IMG/VR virus record: IMGVR_UViG_2506381017_000002
Direction: 5' to 3' (one strand)
From: a virus
Lineage: Duplodnaviria; Heunggongvirae; Uroviricota; Caudoviricetes
Length of the DNA: 35,270 nt
How positions within the stretch are numbered: position 1 is the stretch's first letter; every line of letters begins with the position of its first letter. The translations under genes and the position numbers were made by a program. The notes beneath the pieces are model-generated. The model had not been told where the DNA came from. It worked only from the letters and a program-made list of their open reading frames with translations, and did no database searches. Below, piece by piece: positions 16,759-26,232 of the stretch.

Positions 16759-16794
16759 AAGAATTTATAGATTTTACAAAAAGGGGAATCGTTG

Positions 16795-19700
16795 ATGGAG
16801 AAAACGATTAAGTATTTAGAAAACGGAGAATACCATTATGCTACAGTTCGCTCTGTTGGTGATTTGGCGCAATTAAAGACTAATTCAAAGGAAACACTTG
16901 TCGAAGCCATCAACGAGCTCTGGAATGGTGGAGGTAATGCTGATCCAAGTAAAGCACCAAAACCAGAAGGCTATGACCAATTAGTTCAAGACGTTGCTGA
17001 TGCTGTAAAAAATCAACAAGAAATCAGTCAACAATGGATTGAGTGGCAAAACGAAGAGGCTCAATTAACGGAAGAACGAAAACAAGCCTATCTTCAAGCT
17101 ATGAAAGAAATGCAAGAGGCTATTGATAAGGCTAAGGCAGATGCGGCAGCTCTTGATGATAAGACAGCTAAGTTAGATGAGCAAATTACTAAGACTTTTA
17201 GTGATCTTGATACCAACATCCAAAATATGCATGAACAGCTTCAAAAAGAAGCAGATCGCATGAATAAAGATTTACAAGACACTAAGGGGTCCTTGTCAAC
17301 CCTGCGTACCGATTTACAAAATACGCAAATGGATAATGGGAAAATCCATGACGATCTAACTAATATTAATGGGAAATTTGAGCACAAAGTCTGGCAAACA
17401 GATTTGGACCCATTAAAGGAACAGATCGACAGAGCAGAAACCAGTGTTCAACAGACCAAAGATGAGTTACTTGGAAAGGCGAGTCGTCAAGACCTAGATA
17501 CAGTAAGCAACACTGTTTCTAAGCTTGATACGCAACTGAAAGAAACCTCTAAAGGTGTAGAAATCAGCGTTAAGAAAGATGAACTCGGTGGTGAAATCGC
17601 TGAGGCGCTGACTAATAAAACGAACATTTTACTAGGTACAAGAAGATTCACTACTAATAACTGGCAGCAACGAGAGCATGTTGAAATATGTAGCGATCCT
17701 TGGAAGGGATTCTTAGTAGCTAAGCAAAATAGTCCAATTGAGGGTATCCAACAAGCTTATGAAGCAAAAGCTGGAACTACCTATACCTTTAGTCTTTTTG
17801 CAAAGATGGATACTTTGGACGATAGTAGCAAACCGCAAATTATTCTTGCCAAGAATAACCTTGATACTAGTCTAGATACCAAAATTGATGTATGGCGTAA
17901 AGAAATTGATGATATTACCTCTGATTTCAAGAGATATGATTTGACCTTTACCCCAAGTGAAGATTGCACAATTTATCCTCATGTTATATCAAATAGCAAT
18001 AATCCTATATTCGTTTGTGGCTATCAGCTAGAAATTGGAAAGATATCAACTCCATGGGAACCTAATCAAGAAGATGTTGGTGATTACGTAGAAAAGTCTG
18101 AGGCGCAATTCAATGTCTATAATGATAAGATTCAAGCCCTAACTGAAAAACAACGCCAACAAGGTGATACCCAAGAAAAGTTACGAACAGAAGTCACTCA
18201 GACAGCCGAGGGAACTCGACAAGTATCTGAAAATCTTAAAAAGACTAATGATGATATCACTAAACTTCGTGGCGAATTTGAAGTAAAAGCGGATCACATG
18301 AAGTCTGAGTATGAGACTTATACGAATAAAGCTGTAGGTCAAATCAGTGATAGTACATTGAATCTTATTAGAAATAGTTCATTCCAAAATAAAGATAGCG
18401 ATTTTGACCAATGGCAAAATATAAGTGCTAAAGCTAATGTTCGCTCAGATGAGAATGGGCTACGTTGGGTTGAACTAACTCAATCAGGATTAACAACTAA
18501 TAATCCTGAAGGAATTACGAGTAACTACTTTAATATCAAACAAGGTAAGGTTACTGTTGCCGTCGATATTAAGAGTGGTGACAAAGCGAGTTTAGATAAT
18601 GATTCGGTTCTTTCGCTAGAACTTTACAACGATGTAAAAAAACGTGTGGACTTCTACGATGTTTCTTTATCACAATTGGGGTTAAGCAAAGAATTGCTTG
18701 GCGACCACAAGGTTCATAGAGGATTATACCGATTAGGTATTGATCGCAATGATGCTAAATATATGACAGTCAAAGCTAAATTAGTAAAAAATGGTGATTT
18801 ATACTTTACTAATTTCTCTGCAAGATTGTCTTCGATTGACGATGGAGCTTATGAGCCCAATCCAGATGACTTAAATCAACAAATTCTTAAACAGAATACA
18901 AAGATTGAACAGAATGCTAAAGAAGTAGCCATTAAGGCTAATTCAGTTGATGTAACAAGGGATATTAAAAGTGCTGTTGAAAATAATAATGGTGGGGGAG
19001 TTAATCTTTTAAAAGGGACGAAAGATTTTCGACCAGACAGTATATGGTTTCCATTAGGTGCATGGGTTAGAACTAATGATACCTACAATGACCTAACGAT
19101 ATTTAAAGGAAAATCAACAGAAGATTGGAATGGTCTAACCCAATATTATTCGGTAAAAGCTGGCGAAACTTATACGTTTAGCTTAAATGCTCGATATGAA
19201 TCCGGCTCTGGTTCATCTGCGCTATACATTATGTTAAACGAAGATCCCGAAAATGGGCATAAGGCAGCAAAGGTATCTCCATGGTCACGTGATATTACTC
19301 TGAATGAAAACTGGCAAAGATATAGTATCACATTTACTGTGAATTCTGATGGTTATATCAAACCAAGAATTGAACGAGGATCCCATAATAAGAATGTACT
19401 AGAAATTTGTGGGCTTAAGCTAGAGCGAGGGACAGTTGCTACTCCATGGACCCCGGCATCCGAGGACACTTCCACTGAAATCAAATCGGCAAAAGATGCC
19501 GCAATTCAAGTAGCTAGTGACCAAATTAATCTTCATGTTAACGAAATATCCACTCAATTTGATGATAAGTTAAATAGACGAATCAATGAACAAAAAACGG
19601 CCAGTGAAAAGTTCACGTCCGATGGTATTGAGCAGGTCGTAACTAAGGTTACTAATGTAAAGAATGATGTTGATAGATTGGGAGATAATCTACGTAATAC

Positions 19701-22700
19701 GGGTTCACGGAATCTTCTTCATAATACAAGTGATCAGTGGAGAACTTTAACTAATAACAATGACTGGCTACAACAGACAACAGCATCTTCTTGTTGGACT
19801 TCTACTTCTGATTACCATGGCGGGAATAAATTTACTTATGCTGCGAAGATTACTAATAATAGCCATCAACAAGCTGAATTAGAAATTTGGTTATGTGATC
19901 AGAATAAGAATTTAATTAATGGGCAAGCATTCCATGCTCCTATTCCTAAAGGTGCGAATGCTTATGATGTGAATGTTACATTTCCGATTACGACAGGAAC
20001 TTGGTATATAAGAAGTTGGATTATCTTTACGGGCGGACACGCCCCTAAAGGAGATATTGTTCAGGTTAAAGATGAACGTTTGGTTGAGGGGGTCGCTCCC
20101 GGGAGTTGGTCACCTAATCCTGAAGATATTAACCAACAGATTACTAATACTAATAAAAAGATTGATACCCAAACACTTGACTCAGCCAATATAGATAATA
20201 TGCGTACCCAGGGTCATTACTTTGTAAGAAATCTTTCTGGAAATCCTATCGGCGGATGGGTCTATGTTGATGTGACTGGGAATAATAATGATCGTGTGCG
20301 GCAAGATGTTTATGCTGACCAAAATAATCAACATAAATATAGATCATGGAATGGATCAAGATGGTCCGATTGGGAACAAGGCGCTTATTTAAGTGATGTT
20401 AAAACTGAAGTTACTGCTTCGGTTAAGAATCTTGGAGATAGAGTTACAACTGAAGTCAATTCAGTTACAAGTAAGATTAATAATGTTGACGGTAAAGTCA
20501 ACAATCTGAAAATAGGTGGCCGGAACTTACTAAAAGGCACTCGTGACTTCAATAGTAAGTATTGGTATCAAAGTGGAGATCATACTGCGTTAGCTGATAA
20601 CCCTACAGATCCGTCCACCAAAGAGATCCATAGTTGGCTAGATTGGCACAGTTATAAAAATAATCAAACTATTCAGTTAGATCCATCGAAGAATTATATG
20701 ATTAGTGCTGATATTGCGATTTATGGTGGTGACGGTAATGGATTATATGTTACTCCATATGGAACGGTAGACGGACAGGGGAGCAATTTAGTTGGCACAG
20801 ATGTTAACTTAGCTGGATTCCCTAGACAGGTTAAAGGCGAAGGATTTCGACGAATTTATCTTCCTGTGACGGCACATGGACGAACCTTAAAAGATTTTCG
20901 TATCGAAGGGCATGGTAATTGGAACGCAGGTAGTGGCTCAGTATTTATTTCTAAAATTGCGCTTTACGAGGGTAATACTCCAATGGCATGGTCGGATTCT
21001 TCAGATGATTTTGTTGAAGCCATTAAGGAGGTTAATACCAAATGGGACGTTGCTAACGGTCAAATTCAAGGTAAGGTAACGGCCACGGATGTAAATAATA
21101 TTCTAAACGGCAAGGGATATGCTACACAGTCATGGGCACAAACGATGTTCCAAATGAAAAGCGATTCCATTACTTTGCAGGCTGTTAGAGATAATATTAC
21201 GAATGGAATTCAGAACCAGGTAAATAGTATTAATAACCGTGTAACGAATGCTCAAATTGGGGAACGTAATTTAGCGGTTGGAACTAATCGAGGAAAAGCT
21301 GGATGGTGGGTCGATCCAGGAAATGGAACAGCAAGTACAGATATAGCACTTCTAAATGGTGTCAAAGGTCTTCATATAAATAATACAAAGAAAAGTACAT
21401 CTTGGTGGGTTGTTTGTTACCCCTTTGATATGGGGAAATTAAAACCGAATACTTATTACACAATAAGCTTTGACATACAAACGAGTGAAAACACCAATGG
21501 TGGAGCAATAATTGACCTTGCAAGAGGTAATTCATCTGGTAGTCCTTTTATTGAAGGACGAGGCGGGAACATTACGACCCGTGGTGGAGAAATTACTCAT
21601 ATAACTCGCACTTTAAAGACAGGCGCAAGTATAGAAAATAATGGGCAAGCTCTATATATAAATAGTATAGCTTTTGGTAGCTCTAATGTAGTTAACATTG
21701 CTAATTTAATGATTGTTGAAGGTACACAAAGTTCTGTTTGGAAACCAGCTCCAGAAGACCAAGGTAGTGGACAAAATCTTTTAAGAGGTACAGCTGATTT
21801 CAGTTGGCCTACTGGAATAGGAATGAATAATTCATTCGAATTTAATTATGAGCGTTTTGATGATTCTACTATTGCCATGCATCTTTGGAATATAAAAAGT
21901 AATGGTACGGGTATTTACACCAAATGGGGTGGAGCCTTCCCAGATGGACAGATACAAGTCGGTGAACAATATACATTCTCATTTGATGTAAAAGGTTCAG
22001 GAAAGTTTCTAACTGTAAAAAATGAAAGCGAACCTGGAAAAGGCATGCTTACGCTAGATGGAGTAAATGTCCCTAGCGAATGGGCTAGAGTGTCAGTTGC
22101 AGGAACAATTCAGGCACTCGATAAAGCATTTATTATTTATTTCGCACAAGGCGCTAATGTTTGGATAAAGAATGTAAAGATTGAACGAGGGGCGATTGCT
22201 ACTCCTTGGACACCACACCCGTTTGATGATAAAGACAAAGGTGTAAATCTTCTTAAGTCTACTGCCTATTGGAATCCAGCTGACTGGAACCATATTAGTA
22301 ATAATGTCTGGTATGACGATGGTTGGGTAGATAGTAGTGGACATAAAGCGTATGGACATCATACAGCATGGCAGGGATTAGGGCAGACCGTATATGTAAC
22401 TCAGGGTGTTTATACATGGAGTGCCAAGATATATCTGAACGGTTTAGATAGCAATGATTTTGTGTATCCTTATATGGGTGATGGTCAATATAATGGTACA
22501 GCACAAGTTCAAGATATACGAAAGCCTATGCTGGGAGTTAATGACCAAAATCGATGGATTGATTATAGTACAACCTTTTATGTTAAAAATGCGGGCAATC
22601 TATGTGTAAGACCAGAATTAAATCGAGATCATGGGAACATTCATGTTGGCTCTCAGAAATTAGAACATGGAATGGTTGCGACTCCGTGGAGCCCTTCCCC

Positions 22701-23943
22701 ATTAGATGATAAGAATGCGACAATAACTCTTGATTCCGCAGATATTAATAGCATGAAGACACAGGGGCATTACTTTGTTAGAAACTTAGCAAATAGTCCA
22801 ATAGCTGGTTGGGTTTATGTTGATGTCACTGGTAACAATAATGATCGCTTGAAACAAGAGGTTTATCAAGACAATGGCTATGAACATAGATCCAGACGAT
22901 GGACTGGTAGTGGTTGGACTGAGTGGACAACAGATGTAAACAATAAAAATGTTGTTTCGCAAATTAATATCACCCCAGATCAGATTAAGATTGCTTCAAA
23001 TAAGATTGTTATTGATGGTAATACTGATATTCATGGCGATTTAAGGACGGATAGAGTACGCCTTGTTGGTAAACAGGGTTTGATTGATATGACTGGTGAT
23101 GATGGAATGAGAATGGCTAACAAGAATGGTAGCTCTATTCTTATCGGGAACGGGAATATTGATTTAATGTATAACAATGATTTTCGAATGAATATTGATA
23201 GTTCTATGATGACCCTTCTAAAAAAAGAAAGTTCTTTGGGCCAAAATAATCCAATAGCCATAGGAAGTATTGGAACTTCATTTTATGCAAATGATAAAAG
23301 AAGGGGAATGCAAATACTTTATACTCCGGGCAAAGACGACTGGAGTTATAGAGGTGCTGATTATTTAGGCATCGGTTATTCTTTAGAGAATCAGGGAGCA
23401 CAGGGTCAAAGAAAAATATACGATCAACTTGAATTATATCGCCAAGATACAACAATAAATGGTCATTTGAAGAGGAAGGGTATCCATGTACAAGATGCAT
23501 TACATCTTTCTAATGGACTACAAATATATTTAGAAAATAAGGATAATAATATACAAGATCCAATCAAATTTATAGGTAGCAAGTACGCTGCATCCTCGCA
23601 ACCTGAATACACTCAACCCTATTTAACCTTGGGGTATTCCAATAGTACGGGGAATGCTGGTTTAGGCATTAATTGGTGGGAATTAATTCCTACTGGAAGA
23701 ATAAACAGTAGTTACTCTTATATGTCGGCACATGGAACAGATGGGGAAGATGGACTAACTGTAAGTTGGTATTCATGGCCTGGCTGGTATGGGGGAAGAA
23801 AAGCCCCGTCAATTGTATATAAAGGAAAAGATGGCTCGCTAAAGAATGGTGGATTTGTATTCTATCCAGGTGGAGAAGTTTGTTTTTGGCAAGGTGACTT
23901 TAGATCTAATTTTAGATGGAGCGGAATAAAACAAACAGATTAA
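16795..23943 (+). CDS. Giant modular tail fibre / host-recognition protein (2,382 aa)
   Basis: RBS AAGGGGA 7 nt before ATG 16795. N-terminal GDLAQLKTNSKETLVEAINEL tail repeat, coiled coils, eight NLL...G...W.P..ED carbohydrate-binding-like modules, two knob-like repeats, and a gp58-like SQINITPDQIKIASNKIVIDG segment. Confidence 0.8.
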   Translation: MEKTIKYLENGEYHYATVRSVGDLAQLKTNSKETLVEAINELWNGGGNADPSKAPKPEGYDQLVQDVADAVKNQQEISQQWIEWQNEEAQLTEERKQAYLQAMKEMQEAIDKAKADAAALDDKTAKLDEQITKTFSDLDTNIQNMHEQLQKEADRMNKDLQDTKGSLSTLRTDLQNTQMDNGKIHDDLTNINGKFEHKVWQTDLDPLKEQIDRAETSVQQTKDELLGKASRQDLDTVSNTVSKLDTQLKETSKGVEISVKKDELGGEIAEALTNKTNILLGTRRFTTNNWQQREHVEICSDPWKGFLVAKQNSPIEGIQQAYEAKAGTTYTFSLFAKMDTLDDSSKPQIILAKNNLDTSLDTKIDVWRKEIDDITSDFKRYDLTFTPSEDCTIYPHVISNSNNPIFVCGYQLEIGKISTPWEPNQEDVGDYVEKSEAQFNVYNDKIQALTEKQRQQGDTQEKLRTEVTQTAEGTRQVSENLKKTNDDITKLRGEFEVKADHMKSEYETYTNKAVGQISDSTLNLIRNSSFQNKDSDFDQWQNISAKANVRSDENGLRWVELTQSGLTTNNPEGITSNYFNIKQGKVTVAVDIKSGDKASLDNDSVLSLELYNDVKKRVDFYDVSLSQLGLSKELLGDHKVHRGLYRLGIDRNDAKYMTVKAKLVKNGDLYFTNFSARLSSIDDGAYEPNPDDLNQQILKQNTKIEQNAKEVAIKANSVDVTRDIKSAVENNNGGGVNLLKGTKDFRPDSIWFPLGAWVRTNDTYNDLTIFKGKSTEDWNGLTQYYSVKAGETYTFSLNARYESGSGSSALYIMLNEDPENGHKAAKVSPWSRDITLNENWQRYSITFTVNSDGYIKPRIERGSHNKNVLEICGLKLERGTVATPWTPASEDTSTEIKSAKDAAIQVASDQINLHVNEISTQFDDKLNRRINEQKTASEKFTSDGIEQVVTKVTNVKNDVDRLGDNLRNTGSRNLLHNTSDQWRTLTNNNDWLQQTTASSCWTSTSDYHGGNKFTYAAKITNNSHQQAELEIWLCDQNKNLINGQAFHAPIPKGANAYDVNVTFPITTGTWYIRSWIIFTGGHAPKGDIVQVKDERLVEGVAPGSWSPNPEDINQQITNTNKKIDTQTLDSANIDNMRTQGHYFVRNLSGNPIGGWVYVDVTGNNNDRVRQDVYADQNNQHKYRSWNGSRWSDWEQGAYLSDVKTEVTASVKNLGDRVTTEVNSVTSKINNVDGKVNNLKIGGRNLLKGTRDFNSKYWYQSGDHTALADNPTDPSTKEIHSWLDWHSYKNNQTIQLDPSKNYMISADIAIYGGDGNGLYVTPYGTVDGQGSNLVGTDVNLAGFPRQVKGEGFRRIYLPVTAHGRTLKDFRIEGHGNWNAGSGSVFISKIALYEGNTPMAWSDSSDDFVEAIKEVNTKWDVANGQIQGKVTATDVNNILNGKGYATQSWAQTMFQMKSDSITLQAVRDNITNGIQNQVNSINNRVTNAQIGERNLAVGTNRGKAGWWVDPGNGTASTDIALLNGVKGLHINNTKKSTSWWVVCYPFDMGKLKPNTYYTISFDIQTSENTNGGAIIDLARGNSSGSPFIEGRGGNITTRGGEITHITRTLKTGASIENNGQALYINSIAFGSSNVVNIANLMIVEGTQSSVWKPAPEDQGSGQNLLRGTADFSWPTGIGMNNSFEFNYERFDDSTIAMHLWNIKSNGTGIYTKWGGAFPDGQIQVGEQYTFSFDVKGSGKFLTVKNESEPGKGMLTLDGVNVPSEWARVSVAGTIQALDKAFIIYFAQGANVWIKNVKIERGAIATPWTPHPFDDKDKGVNLLKSTAYWNPADWNHISNNVWYDDGWVDSSGHKAYGHHTAWQGLGQTVYVTQGVYTWSAKIYLNGLDSNDFVYPYMGDGQYNGTAQVQDIRKPMLGVNDQNRWIDYSTTFYVKNAGNLCVRPELNRDHGNIHVGSQKLEHGMVATPWSPSPLDDKNATITLDSADINSMKTQGHYFVRNLANSPIAGWVYVDVTGNNNDRLKQEVYQDNGYEHRSRRWTGSGWTEWTTDVNNKNVVSQINITPDQIKIASNKIVIDGNTDIHGDLRTDRVRLVGKQGLIDMTGDDGMRMANKNGSSILIGNGNIDLMYNNDFRMNIDSSMMTLLKKESSLGQNNPIAIGSIGTSFYANDKRRGMQILYTPGKDDWSYRGADYLGIGYSLENQGAQGQRKIYDQLELYRQDTTINGHLKRKGIHVQDALHLSNGLQIYLENKDNNIQDPIKFIGSKYAASSQPEYTQPYLTLGYSNSTGNAGLGINWWELIPTGRINSSYSYMSAHGTDGEDGLTVSWYSWPGWYGGRKAPSIVYKGKDGSLKNGGFVFYPGGEVCFWQGDFRSNFRWSGIKQTD
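20173..22926 (+). repeat. Two 67-codon knob-like repeats in the fibre (20173-20373 and 22726-22926)
   Basis: TLDSANIDNMRTQGHYFVRNL...GWVYVDVTGNNNDRVRQDVY...W vs TLDSADINSMKTQGHYFVRNL...GWVYVDVTGNNNDRLKQEVY...W; resembles pyocin-knob domains. Confidence 0.75.
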
Positions 23944-23954
23944 TAGAGGAAATT

Positions 23955-24269
23955 ATGGAAAAAATAGTCTTATTAAGAGAAGTAGTAAGTGATGGTGACA
24001 GCCAAATTGCAATTTTAGAAACCTATCTAAGAGGTGATGGATCAACTCCAATGATTCAAGCGATGGGTGGAAGAGATAGTAATATTATTGGTTATAAAGA
24101 TAATGGTGAACCAATTATTCGTCAGAACGAAGATGAATTGATTAAAACTGCAAAAATAAAATTAATGGCCGAAGCCATAAAAGAACAGAAAAAATTATGT
24201 GTTGAAAATGGTGTGGATCCTGATTTGGTAAATATGATAGGGCTGGAAAAGAAGGTAAATAATGAATAA
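23955..24269 (+). CDS. Hypothetical protein (104 aa), possible fibre chaperone
   Basis: ATG 23955 after AGAGGA, just past the fibre stop; favoured over the overlapping start at 23916. Confidence 0.6.
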   Translation: MEKIVLLREVVSDGDSQIAILETYLRGDGSTPMIQAMGGRDSNIIGYKDNGEPIIRQNEDELIKTAKIKLMAEAIKEQKKLCVENGVDPDLVNMIGLEKKVNNE

Positions 24270-24471
24270 CCAACAACAAACAAGTAAAGCAGAAAAGGTT
24301 GCAAGTAAGTTAATCAATAAATTAGCTTTAACAGAATTAGAATTGGCTAATCGTGAAGTTGATATTGATGAACTTAATGCCAAAGTTCAACAATTAACTC
24401 AAGCTAATCAACAACTTTCTGCTGAAAATCAACAACTCAAAAGTACACAAGAAACTAAAACAGAAGAATAA
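24262..24471 (+). CDS. Small coiled-coil protein (69 aa)
   Basis: Heptad pattern LELANREVDIDELNAKVQQLTQANQQL; overlaps the upstream stop. Confidence 0.65.
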   Translation: MNNQQQTSKAEKVASKLINKLALTELELANREVDIDELNAKVQQLTQANQQLSAENQQLKSTQETKTEE

Positions 24472-24492
24472 GAAGAAAAGGGGAATATTAGC

Positions 24493-24771
24493 ATGGCTTT
24501 ACGCAAAACTAAATCAACATCATTAACTGGTGAATCAGTAATCAATGGTACTACTGTTGTGCGCATGACTGCTAGTTTATCAACGAGTGGTGGTTCAGAT
24601 TCAGTAAATCAATATGTTCAAAATGTAGACTTATATAATGCAAACAAGCGTGACGTGCGTAAGGATATCTCTGCATTTCAAGAATATGTATATGAGCAAC
24701 AAGATGCTATTGATGCAGAACTTGAAGCTGATAAGGAAGCTGCCGTTTCTGAAAAGAAAGAAGCTCAATAA
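24493..24771 (+). CDS. Hypothetical protein (92 aa) of the type found after phage fibre genes
   Basis: RBS AAAGGGGA; clean ORF; function not recognised. Confidence 0.6.
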   Translation: MALRKTKSTSLTGESVINGTTVVRMTASLSTSGGSDSVNQYVQNVDLYNANKRDVRKDISAFQEYVYEQQDAIDAELEADKEAAVSEKKEAQ

Positions 24772-24870
24772 AACAAGGCTTTTACCAGCATATTTGGTTT
24801 TCGAGAACGCCTAATATACTGGATATTTCGTCGCCTAAGAAATTCACAGTTCCTTAATTGAGGGGCGGCC

Positions 24871-25155
24871 ATGATCGGTGGTGACAGCATGGACAAAGAT
24901 AAAGAGCTTGAACTACTAATGGATATTCAAGAAAAAGTCGGTCGAATTGATGAGAGACTTAAAAAGGTTGAAGATACAGATCGCAAAGCGGAAGAGGCGA
25001 TTCGTTTAAGTGAAAAGAATGAAGAAAAAATTGTTGAGCTTTCCGCAGCAGTTGAAGAACTTAAGGAAGGTCGAAAGTGGACCCAAAGAACTGCCATTGG
25101 TGCCATTATCAGTGCCGCAATTGCAGTTTTATCTTGGATTCACCCGCCATTCTAA
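24871..25155 (+). CDS. XhlA/hemolysin-family holin-like protein (94 aa; alternative start 24889)
   Basis: Coiled coil followed by KWTQRTAIGAIISAAIAVLSWI, a single C-terminal TM segment typical of the XhlA family. Confidence 0.7.
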   Translation: MIGGDSMDKDKELELLMDIQEKVGRIDERLKKVEDTDRKAEEAIRLSEKNEEKIVELSAAVEELKEGRKWTQRTAIGAIISAAIAVLSWIHPPF

Positions 25156-25168
25156 AGGGGTAAATAAA

Positions 25169-25426
25169 ATGAAAAAAGTATTGAATTTAATTAAAAATAA
25201 GGTAGTTAAGCCAGATGGAACGCTGAATGGGAAGATCATTAGTGGTTTGGTAGCACTAATCATTGTATTTGTACAACAAATCTTTGCCTGCTTTGGAGTT
25301 CAACCCAAAGGTGACGTGACTGCTTTTGTTGGACTTGCTAATACAGCCTTAACTATTCTTGGATTGGTTGGAGTATTAAGCGATCCAACGCCTGTGGAAG
25401 TTCCTGTTAAGACAGAAAATAAATAA
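25169..25426 (+). CDS. Holin (85 aa, two TM segments)
   Basis: RBS AAAGGGG, ATG 25169; TM segments IISGLVALIIVFVQQIFACFG and FVGLANTALTILGLVGVL followed by SDPT. Confidence 0.75.
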   Translation: MKKVLNLIKNKVVKPDGTLNGKIISGLVALIIVFVQQIFACFGVQPKGDVTAFVGLANTALTILGLVGVLSDPTPVEVPVKTENK

Positions 25427-25481
25427 AAAATGTTACCGATAGATGCAATTTTGTGACAGCGATTGCAGAATTTGGTAGAAT
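25425..25481 (+). promoter_or_regulatory. Promoter P3 with conserved upstream operator-like motif
   Basis: AAAAAATGTTAC(25432)-N16-GTGACA (25453-25458), 17-nt spacer, TG-G-TAGAAT (25476-25481). Confidence 0.75.
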
Positions 25482-25520
25482 AATCGGTGTGGTACGAACG
25501 GGAAACGGAGAGTACACGAA

Positions 25521-26129
25521 TTGGTACAATTTAATAGTTTTTATAATGATCCAAATAATCGACAAATTCTTGAGGTTATTAATACACCTACGGGTGCTGT
25601 TACAATCTTTGAACCATCAAAAGATGATGTTAATAAGATAATGCAGCTTAAGGAAATGGTAGATGCATTTAATCAAGAAAATACTGATGAAAATCTACTA
25701 GATATTAATGGAACTACAATTTTAAAGGAATTAATTCCTCTTCTTACAGATTTGGAAATTGATCCAGATATGACTGATGAAGAAATGGCTCAAATCATTG
25801 AAAATCCTACAGTGGAATTAAGTTTAATTACGTCAGTCCTTTCAAGTGTAGTAACGAATATCTATACGTTAATGATTATGAACTTTAAGAATAATCTAGA
25901 ATTACGTAATATGGTAGATCAAACTGAAGAGATTTCTGATAGTGCTTTAGCTATGTTTATTTCTAAACAGTCTAAGACTGACGAAGGACGTAAACAAATC
26001 GAAGAGATCAATAAGCAATCAGATAAGATCGTTAAGATGGAAACGGCTATTAAACAAGCTGAAGAAAAAGAAAAAACAAACGCAAAACCAGAGGAAGAGT
26101 CGCAAACTTCCGAAAAACAAGCTGGTTAA
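25521..26129 (+). CDS. Putative tail assembly chaperone (202 aa)
   Basis: TTG start 8 nt after GGAGAG; acidic helical protein upstream of the tape measure gene; call is from position. Confidence 0.5.
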   Translation: MVQFNSFYNDPNNRQILEVINTPTGAVTIFEPSKDDVNKIMQLKEMVDAFNQENTDENLLDINGTTILKELIPLLTDLEIDPDMTDEEMAQIIENPTVELSLITSVLSSVVTNIYTLMIMNFKNNLELRNMVDQTEEISDSALAMFISKQSKTDEGRKQIEEINKQSDKIVKMETAIKQAEEKEKTNAKPEEESQTSEKQAG

Positions 26130-26148
26130 TAAAAATAAAATGGTACAT

Positions 26149-26210
26149 AAAAATAGCGCAAGTAATGAAATGGACAGGAGATAGTCCATCTTTTTGCTTA
26201 CGCTATTTTT
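26149..26210 (+). terminator. Nested hairpin / terminator
   Basis: Outer AAAAATAGCGCAAG/CTTACGCTATTTTT (one mismatch); inner ATGGAC/GTCCAT followed by CTTTTT. Confidence 0.55.
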
Positions 26211-26232
26211 GATTTTAAACAAGGAGGTTTTT

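Noticed and set aside
20173-22926. Diversity-generating retroelement TR/VR pair
   Set aside because: Differences between the knob repeats are largely synonymous third-position changes, not adenine-specific; both copies are in one ORF and no reverse transcriptase is present.
26071-26077. AAAAAAC as the tail-chaperone -1 frameshift site
   Set aside because: The heptamer is not in X-XXY-YYZ register with the reading frame, and a terminator follows the gene.
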